Source: Nemertoderma westbladi (Eukaryota > Animalia > Xenacoelomorpha). From it: a DNA stretch of 64,000 nucleotides. A program made the position numbers and the translations under genes. The stretch is from assembly GCA_032718475.1 (NCBI GenBank), contig JAUCBJ010001856.1:1-64000 (forward strand), written 5' to 3'. Positions 1 through 46,655 of the stretch are shown piece after piece. The notes under the pieces were generated by a model. It worked only from the letters and a program-made list of their open reading frames with translations. It did no database searches and was not told the DNA's origin. Position 1 is the first letter of the stretch; every line of letters begins with the position of its first letter.

Positions 1-654
1 GCAGCTCTCTCTCCTGTGGGGGTTGACAAGCAGCCGTTGAGATAACTGACGCCTGTGAGGCCAATAGTGTGCGGTAATTCCACTGGCCTCTAGTGGCCTG
101 ACCTCAGCATTACTAATCTAATCAATAGTGGGGGTTGGGGGTGCTTTTTTGCTGAGTCAGTTTGCCATTCCACAGGGCGGGTGTCGCAGTTGAGTCATAT
201 ATGGGGCCCATCACCCCATACCTACTCTGAAGCACATGTCCCACCATTATTGGCTATGCAGCCCCTGCTGCAGGTGAAGGTCGCAGTGAAGTGCACTCAA
301 TTTGGATATGAGAGCACTCTACTCCTGACATGCCATTTTTGGTAGATTACTATCTGCCTGGTCAGGCCCAATACCCCTGCAGCCGAATAAATGGGTTCTT
401 AACCCAGGACCAAAGGCGTAACTATTCCAGAACGAAGGGGGTCCTTTGTCCTTGTTACAGGACCAGATTATGTATGCCCTTAGTAAGGGGGCCAAGACAT
501 CTCCTTTATGCTGCATGGAATTGGCAAGTTTTCTGAATCAATGACCCAGAATACCTAACCTGATTCGTAAACAGTGATGACGCTTCCCTGTTGATATTTT
601 TAAAACAATATATATTTAATATAAAAAGTCATTGTCCTCATAAGATCATCATAA

Positions 655-1555
655 TGATGATGGGGGTGATGATAACTCCACCTACTGGCTCCAGAAGTCG
701 AGGAAATCCTGCCAAGTACCTAACTGATCTAGACTTTGCTGATGACTTAGGAGTACTCTCAGAATCACTAGAGGGAGCCCAACGGCAACTCAGCTCATTG
801 GAACATGCTGCTTCTAGTGTTGGTCTTTTTATTAACTCCAGAAAGACCACAATTTTAACAGTTTACTTTGAAAGTCCTCAGCAAGTCTCTGATCGGATGA
901 GCATAAGCTCAAAAGATGGCTTGAGCATGTGGATGACTTCTGTTACCTGGGATCATGGATCCGGAAGTCAGGTGAGGACCTTCGAATGCGTAAGGGAAAG
1001 GCATGGGCAGCCTTGAATAGGCTTTCCAGGATTTTGAAGTCACCGAGAATTAATCGGAAACTTAAGGTCCGATTATTTAGAGCAGGCAGCAGTAGTTCCA
1101 GTACTCCTCTATGGGAGTCCATGCTGGGCTCTAACTGCTGAGGACACCAAATCTTTCTTTTCAAATTCACAAGAATGCTACGCCGGGTTCATTGTGTCAA
1201 GTACAATGCACATATCTCCAACGGGACACTATATAACATTGGAGGTGTCTCATTGGTTCCCCCAAGCTTGACACTAGAACAAAATCACCTCCGCTTATCA
1301 CATTGCTTACGCCGTGAGGACCAGCCAGTGCATAATCTTGTACTTTGGCAGCCTCATGGAGTGAATAAGCATGGTGGACAGCCCATGACTTTCTTGAGAC
1401 GCATCTTAAAGGACACTGGCCTTGAAGATGAGTATGATCTAGCAGATGTCATGGGTGATAGGGAGTTGTGGCGGTGCAATTTTGTCGATAAGCCGGCACA
1501 GCATTCTTAAAAATGCAGCTGCAATGCAGCATGCCGATCCTAGTAGTAGTAGTAA
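655..1555 (+). mobile_element. Decayed 3' part of an RTE-like non-LTR retrotransposon (RT C-terminal half and 3' tail)
   Basis: Frameshifted ORFs give YLTDLDFADDL (RT catalytic F/YADD motif), GLFINSRKT, DDFCYLGS, KAWAALNRL and MLRRV. The element ends in a (TAG)n tail at about 1541-1555, typical of the RTE clade. The 5' boundary is approximate. Confidence 0.85.
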
Positions 1556-2963
1556 TATAAAAAGTAACTGAAAACTCTACATATTTATTTTCCACTCATT
1601 TTATTAGCGAAATTCAGATATTCCGCACTGGTGTGCGTGGTGTGTCGTGTTTTCCACTCGTTGGCATATCAGGATCAGCTTGCCAACTCGTTTACAAACA
1701 ACCACTCAGACAGAATAGTTTAATTTCACTAAACTGAAAGTGAGTGAAAAGTGCAGATCTTTTGTAATAATACGGCATTGAATAGCTACAAGGTGATGCC
1801 AGATAGGGTAGGTGCTATGAGCTACAGTATGATATCATAAGAGGGTTAGTTGTGACGTTTGGTATAGTACTGAGTCTGAGTGTTAATAAGCGGGAAATTC
1901 AAATTAGAGTTATGCTACTACTGTCCTGCAGTCCCTGTCTTTTCATCATTATCCTGTCTACCTGTCATCATCCTGTCATCATTAGGCCTACAGAATTAAT
2001 CACAAATCATTTAAACAACAACTCTGGAAACTCTGCCTATCTGCAACTGCAACACTGCAAGCAGTCGGACTCAGGCACCAGCCAGGCAGCCACCACTCAG
2101 CATTCGCAGACAGGCAGACTGACTCAGCCACTGCCTGACTGCCAACTGCTACTGCACCAGGCAGCCAGGCGCAGCCCGCAGCCCGCAGCGCGCTGGTTGT
2201 TAGACAGGGCAGTCAGGTTTGGTCAGTAGGTCAATCAGTCAGTCATCAGTTGGCGTTAGCTGACACCAGTTGGTTTGGTAGGCCTAGTCAATCGACTATT
2301 CCGCCTGTTTTTAAATTTTGATCCTCGCCTATCCTATTCCATATTCCAGCATCCAGTCAGCCAGTGTCCAGGTCTGCAGGTTGTAATAGTGAATAGGCTA
2401 TCCTACGAGACTGCCAGAATAGGCCTACTGGAATAGTCAGATAGGCATAAAAATTCGAAAGTACAGCAGTAGGCTTACCGGGTGCGGGTAGGGCTACATC
2501 CTGCATACTTACATATAACGGATACTCCATCTGCTGATCTGTCAATACAAATAACAAGTGTTTCACATGGCAGCAAGGGCCTGCTGGCTGCTGCGGATAC
2601 TCCTATCTGCAATCTGCATATATCAGTTTAAGTTTGTCGTCTCTTGTTTCGCGTTTTCTGCAGATAATTTTGAGATTTTCTGCATAAATTTTGAGAGAGT
2701 TTAGTAATGAAGAAACAAAATAAAGTGGACCATTGTTAACAGTAAGAAAACGTGTCGAACTATCATGAATCGCATTAACAAATTTCGTAGCATTTAATTG
2801 AAAATTGATAAATTTCGACCTTAAACTTAGATTCCAATATCTTTGATCCAGGATATTTTCGATACATTGCTTTCGTAGATAGGTATATTTCCAATATCAG
2901 TGTAGACTTTCACGGGCAATCCAGAGTAGTTAGTAAAATTACCGATAGTTGGAATTATTACAA

Positions 2964-35395
<32,432 letters not shown>

Positions 35396-35472
35396 GGTGG
35401 CGCACCCACGTACCCGCCAATACAAGACATTTGGTAATCGAACTGGTAGAATTGAAGTGTCAAAACCAAAAC

Positions 35473-35478
35473 AATAAA
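35473..35478 (+). terminator. Candidate polyadenylation signal of GK
   Basis: AATAAA 78 nt downstream of the stop codon. Confidence 0.5.
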
Positions 35479-36935
35479 TATAGTGGGAATGGAATAGCTA
35501 TCAAACATTAAACGTGAGGAAGGTTACTTGTGTGTGGGAATACGATGAAGCCTTTCTTAATTTGTTCGAACTCTTTACATGCAACTGTTTGAAAGGTGTC
35601 TACACTGGCACTTTTCATTGAGAACACGGTAAAGTACTTTCCAAAAGTCTGCGGTTTTATTCCAAAATTGTAACATCACCAAACGGCCGCCTATAAAAAC
35701 TGTTTCAAATAATTAGAAATTGGTTCAACTAAATTATAAACAAATTCATAAATCTATTGAATTTGGATGTTTCCGGTACCGGTAAGCTGCTAGTTGGTCG
35801 TACTGTAGCTTTTATTTTAAACGACTCGCTGTAATGTGCCAACAACGGAATGTTAATTTTAGACAACAGCGTTACGAACTGTTTAAATTTTGGACTAAAT
35901 TTATATTAACGTTTCTTAAAATAGTTAGTAAAATCTGGGTCTATTCTGCGATAGTCAATGGTTATATATTTACTTTTAATGCAATTTTTATTTGTAATAT
36001 TTTGTAGAATATACTGTAGATTTCTCTATCAAGTTTATTTATTTATAATTCGTGTGTTTAACATTGTTAGATAATAATAATAGCTAATAATTTAGGCCTA
36101 CTTAAGTGTATAACTATATACAATTCTAATATTTATTTACATTATTACATTATGATCTATCATGTCGGAACAATTGAATAACGGCGATAAACTAAAATTG
36201 GGAACCGGTACTGAATAAAAATATAATAATAGATTTAAATCAGGACTTATGATTTAAATCTTATTTTTTTGAATGCAAGTTTTAACTTTTGTTAACCTAA
36301 CGTGTACGTCCTGTACAGCACAGTTATCACAGCTGTTAGTTGTTTATATATTAATTTAAGTATTAGTCTAGGCAGCGAGGGGAATTTAAAGGTTGTTGGA
36401 TCAATCCAATCATGGAATGGCATCTCGAAAGTTAAGTTCTCAAACAACATCAGCTTCTTCTGTGCTAAATTATTTATTATGAAATTATATATTGCATTTG
36501 CAATTAGATGCTACTACAGTATGTTAAATTCATATGAAATCTATGAAAAGGTCGTAATGATTTAGTTATAATCGAAACTAATTTAGTTGCAATATAGTTA
36601 ATAGTTATTTTGTAAACTGATATTGATGTAATATAAAAGTTTAATATTATTTAGAATTGTTATTGTTATAATATAAATATAGATTTAATACGCTAATACC
36701 AAAACCATCGCAGTGAAGAAACACGTTTCCATTTTATAATAAGTTAATTATTACCTGTCGTTTTGCTGCTATTCGCATCGCGTTCCCCTGTAAAGGCAAT
36801 AAGAGCCCCCCCCCCCCCCCCCCCCCGCCACCCCCCAATCCATATGATGCATAATAATGAATATATCGAAACAGGCGTATAAAGAGCGGACTGCAGACAA
36901 TGTACTGCGGACTGTCAATCAAATATCAAAAAATT

Positions 36936-37902
36936 GGAATCCATGAAATCAAGGCGGTAAATTTGAATTCTCGCTTTCTAATCATGTAGTCTACTAATTG
37001 CGGTGGAGTGGGGCTGGAAACTTGTGTTCCCATTGGCTTAATCGAGTTTACCTGGTTCAAAGGGAGCCGCGGCTTTTAGTAATCATCTAATTGGCTAATT
37101 TCTTTAATTATTATTATTAATTATGTATTAAAGTAAAGCAAAGCAGGTGCAATGTGTACGTGTACTTACTGTATATCTAGTATATATTATTATGCGGCGT
37201 GAGAGGGCAGAAGCCACAATCCTTGTGTGTTTCGGGTTTTATCACACTACAGGCGCCACTTTTTATATAGAAAACATACAGCGTTATTTTTACTTGGCTG
37301 TCTTGGGTTACTTTATTAATGACTTGGTTTTTGGGGTGTTTTATAGGTACAGACTGAGATATTGGTTTGGTTTTAGGTTAAGGTTTGTTGGTCAGGCACA
37401 TTAACCACAACACAATTAACCACATTTGCCAAACCAATATCACAACTGCCAACCTCACACAGATGATAGAGCCAATATGGGTATTTCACACTAGAGGCGC
37501 CACTTTTTCACAGATCCCTTCGCACCAATACCAAAGAGTCCGAAATTTCACAAAATTTCTTATATTAGATCCTCATGACTAAGGGTTGTTAGGGTACAAT
37601 TACTGCTTTAAGTAGGGTTTGGGCCGCCACTTTGTAACGTGCGAGGCCAACTATATCCGTGAAAAAGTGGCGCCTCTAGTGTGATATCCCTAGAATAGCG
37701 GACTGAGATATTAGCCAATTAGAAGATTACCAACCAGCTAAGAGCTATAATCTCCCTTTGAATGAGGTAAGTTCAATTGAGCCAATAGTAACACAATATT
37801 CCAGCTCCAGGCCACGGTTTGTAGGTAGATACAATTAGGGGCTGGACTACATGATTAGAAAGCGACAATTCAAATTTACCGCCTGGATTTCATTGCGGAT
37901 TC
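36936..37902. mobile_element. Diverged foldback/MITE-like structure with inverted arms of about 165-190 bp and a nested inverted repeat
   Basis: About 36936-37100 (ggaatcc..atgaaatcaaggcggtaaatttgaattctcgctttctaatcatgtagtc) is the reverse complement of about 37711-37902. Inner pair: tcacactagaggcgccacttttt (about 37486) and aaaaagtggcgcctctagtgtga (about 37662). Confidence 0.7.
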
Positions 37903-38063
37903 CCCTAGAACAGTTCATATAACAACATGTATAGTAACAAAGACCTCGAAATACAGCTTGCCAAGATGCCAACACATTGTTACAAAAGACGCGCAACCTA
38001 ACGACCAAAGGAACAAATGAAAGACGCATTACCCTGCCTCACGGTGCCTCTGTTGGTTATTAT

Positions 38064-38676
38064 GATGCTGTGATACCGTCGGGTTTGGATGCTGCGATAC
38101 CATCGGGATTGGATGCTGTGATACCATCGGGATTGGATCCGGTGATACCATCGGGATTGGATGCTGTGATACCATCGGGATTGGATCCGGTGATACCATC
38201 GGGATTGGATGCTGTGATACCATCGGGATTGGATACTGTGATACCATCGGGATTGGATACTGTGATACCGGCGGGATTGGATCCGGTGATACCATCGGGA
38301 TTGGATACTGTGATACCGGCGGGATTGGATCCTGTGACACCGGCGAGATTGGATGCTGTGATACCAGCGCGATTGGATGCTGTGATACCAGCGGGGTTGG
38401 ATCCTGAGATACCAGAGGGATAGGATCCGGTGATACCGGCGGGATTGGATACTGTGATACCGGCGGGATTGGATCCTGTGACACCGGCGAGATTGGATGC
38501 TGTGATACCAGCGCGATTGGATGCTGTGATACCAGCGGGGTTGGATCCTGAGATACCAGAGGGATAGGATCCGGTGATACCGGCGGGATTGGATCATGTG
38601 ATACCAGACGGATTGGATCCGGTGATACCGGCGGGATTGGATACTGTGATACCAGCGAGATTTGATGCTGTGATAC
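38064..38676. repeat. 24-bp minisatellite, about 25 copies
   Basis: Unit GATGCTGTGATACCATCGGGATTG with variants; includes a 144-bp higher-order duplication. Confidence 0.92.
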
Positions 38677-41600
38677 TGACCTCGGACGTACTTTATGGAC
38701 GACCCCCTACCCCCCTGACCTCGGACGTACTTTATGGACGACCCCCAACCCCCCTGACCTCGGACGTACTTTATGGACGACCCCCAACCCCCCTCTGACC
38801 TCGGACGTACTTTATGGACGACCCTCTACCCCCCTCTGACCTCGGACGTACTTTATGGACGACCCCCTACCCCCCTGACCTCGGACGTACTTTATGGACG
38901 ACCCCCAACCCCCCTCTGACCTCGGACGTACTTTATGGACGACCCTCTACCCCCCTCTGACCTCGGACGTACTTTATGGACGACCCCCTACCCCCCTCTG
39001 ACCTCGGACGTACTTTATGGACGACCCCCTACCCCCCTCTGACCTCGGACGTACTTTATGGACGACCCCCTACCCCCCTGACCTCGGACGTACTTTATGG
39101 ACGACCCCCCTACCCCCTCTGACCTCGGACGTACTTTATGGGCGACCCCCTCCCCCCTCTGACCTCGGACGTACTTTATGGACGACCCCCTACCCCCCTC
39201 TGACCTCGGACGTGCTTTATGGACGACCCCCTACCCCCCTCTGACCTCGGACGTACTTTATGGACGACCCCCTACCCCCCTGACCTCGGACGTACTTTAT
39301 GGACGACCCCCAACCCCCCTCTGACCTCGGACGTACTTTATGGACGACCCTCTACCCCCCTGACCTCGGACGTACTTTATGGACGACCCCCTACCCCCCT
39401 CTGACCTCGGACGTACTTTATGGACGACCCCCTACCCCCCTCTGACCTCGGACGTACTTTATGGACGACCCCCCTACCCCTTCTGACCTCGGACGTACTT
39501 TATGGGCGACCCCCTCCCCCCTCTGACCTCGGACGTACTTTATGGACGACCCCCTACCCCCTCTGACCTCGGACGTACTTTATGGACGACCCCCTACCCC
39601 CCTCTGACCTCGGACGTACTTTATGGACGACCCCCTACCCCCCTCTGACCTCGGACGTACTTTATGGACGACCCCCTACCCCCCTGACCTCGGACGTACT
39701 TTATGGACGACCCCCAACCCCCCTCTGACCTCGGACGTACTTTATGGACGACCCTCTACCCCCCTCTGACCTCGGACGTACTTTATGGACGACCCCCTAC
39801 CCCCCTCTGACCTCGGACGTACTTTATGGACGACCCCCTACCCCCCTCTGACCTCGGACGTACTTTATGGACGACCCCCTACCCCCTCTGACCTCGGACG
39901 TACTTTATGGACGACCCCCCTACCCCTTCTGACCTCGGACGTACTTTATGGGCGACCCCCTCCCCCCTCTGACCTCGGACGTACTTTATGGACGACCCCC
40001 TACCCCCCTCTGACCTCGGACGTACTTTATGGACGACCCCCTACCCCCCTCTGACCTCGGACGTACTTTATGGACGACCCCCTACCCCCTCTGACCTCGG
40101 ACGTACTTTATGGACGACCCCCTACCCCCTCTGACCTCGGACGTACTTTATGGACGACCCCCTACCCCCCTCTGACCTCGGACGTACTTTATGGACGACC
40201 CCCTACCCCCTCTGACCTCGGACGTACTTTATGGACGACCCCCTACCCCCTCTGACCTCGGACGTACTTTATGGACGACCCGCAACCCCCCTCTGACCTC
40301 GGACGTACTCTATGGACGACCCCCTACCCCCCTCTGACCTCGGACGTACTTTATGGACGACCCCCTACCCCCCTCTGACCTCGGACGTACTTTATGGACG
40401 ACCCCCTACCCCCTCTGACCTCGGACGTACTTTATGGACGACCCCCCTACCCCTTCTGACCTCGGACGTACTTTATGGGCGACCCCCTCCCCCCTCTGAC
40501 CTCGGACGTACTTTATGGACGACCCCCTACCCCCCTCTGACCTCGGACGTACTTTATGGACGACCCCCTACCCCCTCTGACCTCGGACGTACTTTATGGA
40601 CGACCCCCTACCCCCTCTGACCTCGGACGTACTTTATGGACGACCCCCCTACCCCTTCTGACCTCGGACGTACTTTATGGGCGACCCCCTCCCCCCTCTG
40701 ACCTCGGACGTACTTTATGGACGACCCCCTACCCCCTCTGACCTCGGACGTACTTTATGGACGACCCGCAACCCCCCTCTGACCTCGGACGTACTCTATG
40801 GACGACCCCCTACCCCCCTCTGACCTCGGACGTACTTTATGGACGACCCCCTACCCCCTCTGACCTCGGACGTACTTTATGGACGACCCCCCTACCCCTT
40901 CTGACCTCGGACGTACTTTATGGGCGACCCCCTCCCCCCTCTGACCTCGGACGTACTTTATGGACGACCCCCTACCCCCTCTGACCTCGGACGTACTTTA
41001 TGGACGACCCCCCCTCTGACCTCGGACGTACTTTATGGACGACCCCCTACCCCCCCTCTGACCTCGGACGTACTTTATGGACGACCCCCTACCCCCTCTG
41101 ACCTCGGACGTACTTTATGGACGACCCCCCTCTGACCTCGGACGTACTTTATGGACGACCCCCCTACCCCTTCTGACCTCGGACGTACTTTATGGGCGAC
41201 CCCCTCCCCCCTCTGACCTCGGACGTGCTTTATGGACGACCCCCTACCCCCTCTGACCTCGGACGTACTTTATGGACGATCCCCTACCCCCCTCTGACCT
41301 CGGACGTACTTTATGGACGACCCCCCTACCCCCCTCTGACCTCGGACGTACTTTATGGACGACCCCCTACCCCCTCTGACCTCGGACGTACTTTATGGAC
41401 GATCCCCTACCCCCCTCTGACCTCGGACGTACTTTATGGACGACCCCCCTACCCCCCTCTGACCTCGGACGTACTTTATGGACGACCCCCTACCCCCTCG
41501 GACCTCGGACGTACTTTATGGATGACCCCCTACCCCCTCTGACCTCGGACGTACTTTATGGGCGACCCCCTCCCCCCCTCTGACCTCGGACGTACTTTAT

Positions 41601-44600
41601 GGACGACCCCCTACCCCCTCTGACCTCGGACGTACTTTATGGGCGACCCCCTCCCCCCTCTGACCTCGGACGTACTTTATGGACGACCCGCAACCCCCCT
41701 CTGACCTCGGACGTACTTTATGGATGACCCCCTACCCCCTCTGACCTCGGACGTACTTTATGGGCGACCCCCTCCCCCCCTCTGACCTCGGACGTACTTT
41801 ATGGACGACCCCCTACCCCCTCTGACCTCGGACGTACTTTATGGACGACCCGCAACCCCCCTCTGACCTCGGACGTACTTTATGGACGACCCCCCTACCC
41901 CTTCTGACCTCGGACGTACTTTATGGGCGACCCCCTCCCCCCTCTGACCTCGGACGTACTTTATGGACGACCCCCTACCCCCTCTGACCTCGGACGTACT
42001 TTATGGACGACCCCCCCTCTGACCTCGGACGTACTTTATGGACGACCCCCTACCCCCCCTCTGACCTCGGACGTACTTTATGGACGACCCCCTACCCCCT
42101 CTGACCTCGGACGTACTTTATGGACGACCCCCCTCTGACCTCGGACGTACTTTATGGACGACCCCCCTACCCCTTCTGACCTCGGACGTACTTTATGGGC
42201 GACCCCCTCCCCCCTCTGACCTCGGACGTGCTTTATGGACGACCCCCTACCCCCTCTGACCTCGGACGTACTTTATGGACGATCCCCTACCCCCCTCTGA
42301 CCTCGGACGTACTTTATGGACGACCCCCCTACCCCCCTCTGACCTCGGACGTACTTTATGGACGACCCCCTACCCCCTCTGACCTCGGACGTACTTTATG
42401 GACGATCCCCTACCCCCCTCTGACCTCGGACGTACTTTATGGACGACCCCCCTACCCCCCTCTGACCTCGGACGTACTTTATGGACGACCCCCTACCCCC
42501 TCGGACCTCGGACGTACTTTATGGATGACCCCCTACCCCCTCTGACCTCGGACGTACTTTATGGGCGACCCCCTCCCCCCCTCTGACCTCGGACGTACTT
42601 TATGGACGACCCCCTACCCCCTCTGACCTCGGACGTACTTTATGGGCGACCCCCTCCCCCCTCTGACCTCGGACGTACTTTATGGACGACCCGCAACCCC
42701 CCTCTGACCTCGGACGTACTTTATGGATGACCCCCTACCCCCTCTGACCTCGGACGTACTTTATGGGCGACCCCCTCCCCCCCTCTGACCTCGGACGTAC
42801 TTTATGGACGACCCCCTACCCCCTCTGACCTCGGACGTACTTTATGGACGACCCGCAACCCCCCTCTGACCTCGGACGTACTCTATGGACGACCCTCTAC
42901 CCCCCTCTGACCTCGGACGTACTTTATGGACGACCCCCCTCTGACCTCGGACGTACTTTATGGACGACCCCCTACCCCCTCTGACCTCGGACGTACTTTA
43001 TGGACGACCCCCTACCCCCCTCTGACCTCGGACGTTCTTTATGGACGACCCCCTACCCCCTCTGACCTCGGACGTACTTTATGGACGATCCCCTACCCCC
43101 CTCGGACCTCGGACGTACTTTATGGATGACCCCCTACCCCCTCTGACCTCGGACGTACTTTATGGGCGACCCCCTCCCCCCCTCTGACCTCGGACGTACT
43201 TTATGGACGACCCCCTACCCCCCTGACCTCGGACGTACTTTATGGACGACCCCCAACCCCCCTCTGACCTCGGACGTACTTTATGGACGACCCCCCTACC
43301 CCCCTCTGACCTCGGACGTACTTTATGGACGACCCCCTACCCCCCTCTGACCTCGGACGTACTTTATGGACGACCCCCTACCCCCCTCTGACCTCGGACG
43401 TACTTTATGGACGACCCCCCTACCCCCTCTGACCTCGGACGTACTTTATGGGCGACCCCCTCCCCCCTCTGACCTCGGACGTACTTTATGGACGACCCCC
43501 TACCCCCCTCTGACCTCGGACGTACTTTATGGACGACCCCTACCCCCCTCTGACCTCGGACGTACTTTATGGACGACCCCCTACCCCCCTCTGACCTCGG
43601 ACGTACTTTATGGACGACCCCCTACCCCCTCTGACCTCGGACGTACTTTATGGACGACCCCCTACCCCCCTCTGACCTCGGACGTACTTTATGGACGACC
43701 CCCTACCCCCTCTGACCTCGGACGTACTTTATGGCGACCCCCTCCCCCCTCTGACCTCGGACGTACTTTATGGACGACCCCCCTACCCCCTCTGACCTCG
43801 GACGTACTTTATGGGCGACCCCCTCCCCCCTCTGACCTCGGACGTGCTTTATGGACGACCCCCTACCCCCTCTGACCTCGGACGTACTTTATGGACGATC
43901 CCCTACCCCCCTCTGACCTCGGACGTACTTTATGGACGACCCCCCTACCCCCCTCTGACCTCGGACGTACTTTATGGACGACCCCCTACCCCCTCTGACC
44001 TCGGACGTACTTTATGGACGATCCCCTACCCCCCTCTGACCTCGGACGTACTTTATGGACGACCCCCCTACCCCCCTCTGACCTCGGACGTACTTTATGG
44101 ACGACCCCCTACCCCCTCGGACCTCGGACGTACTTTATGGATGACCCCCTACCCCCTCTGACCTCGGACGTACTTTATGGGCGACCCCCTCCCCCCCTCT
44201 GACCTCGGACGTACTTTATGGACGACCCCCTACCCCCTCTGACCTCGGACGTACTTTATGGGCGACCCCCTCCCCCCTCTGACCTCGGACGTACTTTATG
44301 GACGACCCGCAACCCCCCTCTGACCTCGGACGTACTTTATGGATGACCCCCTACCCCCTCTGACCTCGGACGTACTTTATGGGCGACCCCCTCCCCCCCT
44401 CTGACCTCGGACGTACTTTATGGACGACCCCCTACCCCCTCTGACCTCGGACGTACTTTATGGACGACCCGCAACCCCCCTCTGACCTCGGACGTACTCT
44501 ATGGACGACCCTCTACCCCCCTCTGACCTCGGACGTACTTTATGGACGACCCCCCTCTGACCTCGGACGTACTTTATGGACGACCCCCTACCCCCTCTGA

Positions 44601-46655
44601 CCTCGGACGTACTTTATGGACGACCCCCTACCCCCCTCTGACCTCGGACGTTCTTTATGGACGACCCCCTACCCCCTCTGACCTCGGACGTACTTTATGG
44701 ACGATCCCCTACCCCCCTCGGACCTCGGACGTACTTTATGGATGACCCCCTACCCCCTCTGACCTCGGACGTACTTTATGGGCGACCCCCTCCCCCCCCT
44801 CTGACCTCGGACGTACTTTATGGACGACCCCCTACCCCCCTGACCTCGGACGTACTTTATGGACGACCCCCAACCCCCCTCTGACCTCGGACGTACTTTA
44901 TGGACGACCCCCTACCCCCCTCTGACCTCGGACGTACTTTATGGACGACCCCCTACCCCCCTGACCTCGGACGTACTTTATGGACGACCCCCAACCCCCT
45001 TCTGACCTCGGACGTACTTTATGGACGACCCCCTACCCCCTCTGACCTCGGACGTACTTTATGGGCGACCCCCTCCCCCCTCTGACCTCGGACGTACTTT
45101 ATGGACGACCCGCAACCCCCCTCTGACCTCGGACGTACTCTATGGACGACCCTCTACCCCCCTCTGACCTCGGACGTACTTTATGGACGACCCCCCTCTG
45201 ACCTCGGACGTACTTTATGGACGACCCCCTACCCCCTCTGACCTCGGACGTACTTTATGGACGACCCCCTACCCCCCTCTGACCTCGGACGTTCTTTATG
45301 GACGACCCCCTACCCCCTCTGACCTCGGACGTACTTTATGGACGATCCCCTACCCCCCTCTGACCTCGGACGTACTTTATGGACGACCCCCCTACCCCCC
45401 TCTGACCTCGGACGTACTTTATGGATGACCCCCTACCCCCTCTGACCTCGGACGTACTCTATGGACGACCCTCTACCCCCCTCTGACCTCGGACGTACTT
45501 TATGGACGACCCCCTACCCCCCTCTGACCTCGGACGTACTTTATGGACGACCCCCTACCCCCCTCTGACCTCGGACGTACTTTATGGACGACCCCCTACC
45601 CCCTCTGACCTCGGACGTACTTTATGGACGACCCCCTACCCCCCTCTGACCTCGGACGTACTTTATGGACGACCCCCTACCCCCCTCTGACCTCGGACGT
45701 ACTTTATGGACGACCCCCTACCCCCTCTGACCTCGGAATAACCTTATGGACGACCCCCTACCCCCCTCTGACCTCGGACGTACTTTATGGACGACCCCCC
45801 CCCCCCCCCCTCTGACCTCGGACGTACTTTATGGACGACCCTCCTACCCCCCTCTGACCTCGGACGTACTTTATGGACGACCCCCTACCCCCCTCTGACC
45901 TCGGACGTACTTTATGGACGACCCCCTACCCCCCTCTGACCTCGGACGTACTTTATGGACGACCCCCTACCCCCCTCTGACCTCGGACGTACTTTATGGA
46001 CGACCCCCCTACCCTCCTCTGACCTCGGACGTACTTTATGGACGACCCGCAACCCCCCTCTGACCTCGGACGTACTCTATGGACGACCCTCTACCCCCCT
46101 CTGACCTCGGACGTACTTTATGGACGACCCCCTACTCCCCTCTGACCTCGGACGTACTTTATGGACGACTCCCTACCCCCCTCTGACCTCGGACGTACTT
46201 TATGGACGACCCCCCTCTGACCTCGGACGTACTTTATGGACGACCCCCTACCCCCCTCTGACCTCGGACGTACTTTATGGACGACCCCCTACCCCCCTCT
46301 GACCTCGGACGTACTTTATGGACGACCCCCTACCCCCCTCTGACCTCGGACGTACTTTATGGACGACCCCCTACCCCCCTCTGACCTCGGACGTACTTTA
46401 TGGACGACCCCCTACCCCCCTGACCTCGGACGTACTTTATGGACGACCCCCCTACCCCTTCTGACCTCGGACGTACTTTATGGGCGACCCCCTCCCCCCT
46501 CTGACCTCGGACGTACTTTATGGACGACTCCCTACCCCCCTCTGACCTCGGACGTACTTTATGGACGACCCCCTACCCCCCTCTGACCTCGGACGTACTT
46601 TATGGACAACCCCCTACTCCCCTCTGACCTCGGACGTACTTTATGGACGACCCCT
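38676..46655. repeat. About 40-bp tandem array (about 195-200 copies, 8 kb) with variable C-runs, probably an amplified DNA-transposon terminus
   Basis: Unit CTGACCTCGGACGTACTTTATGGACGACCCCCTACCCCC(C)T; the last copy ends ...GGACGACCCCT followed by TAA and unique sequence. Confidence 0.95.

Noticed and set aside
1-590. GC-richer sequence that might be the LINE 5' region
   Set aside because: No motif I can tie to the element, and the short ORFs are uninformative.
1850-2640. ORFs and odd CAG/CTG-rich stuttering sequence upstream of GK
   Set aside because: No recognisable protein motif or regular period; probably low-complexity promoter-side sequence or a low-quality stretch.
39017-46586. Proline-rich extensin- or mucin-like ORFs
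   Set aside because: C-run length varies freely and shifts frame constantly, which fits a non-coding satellite.
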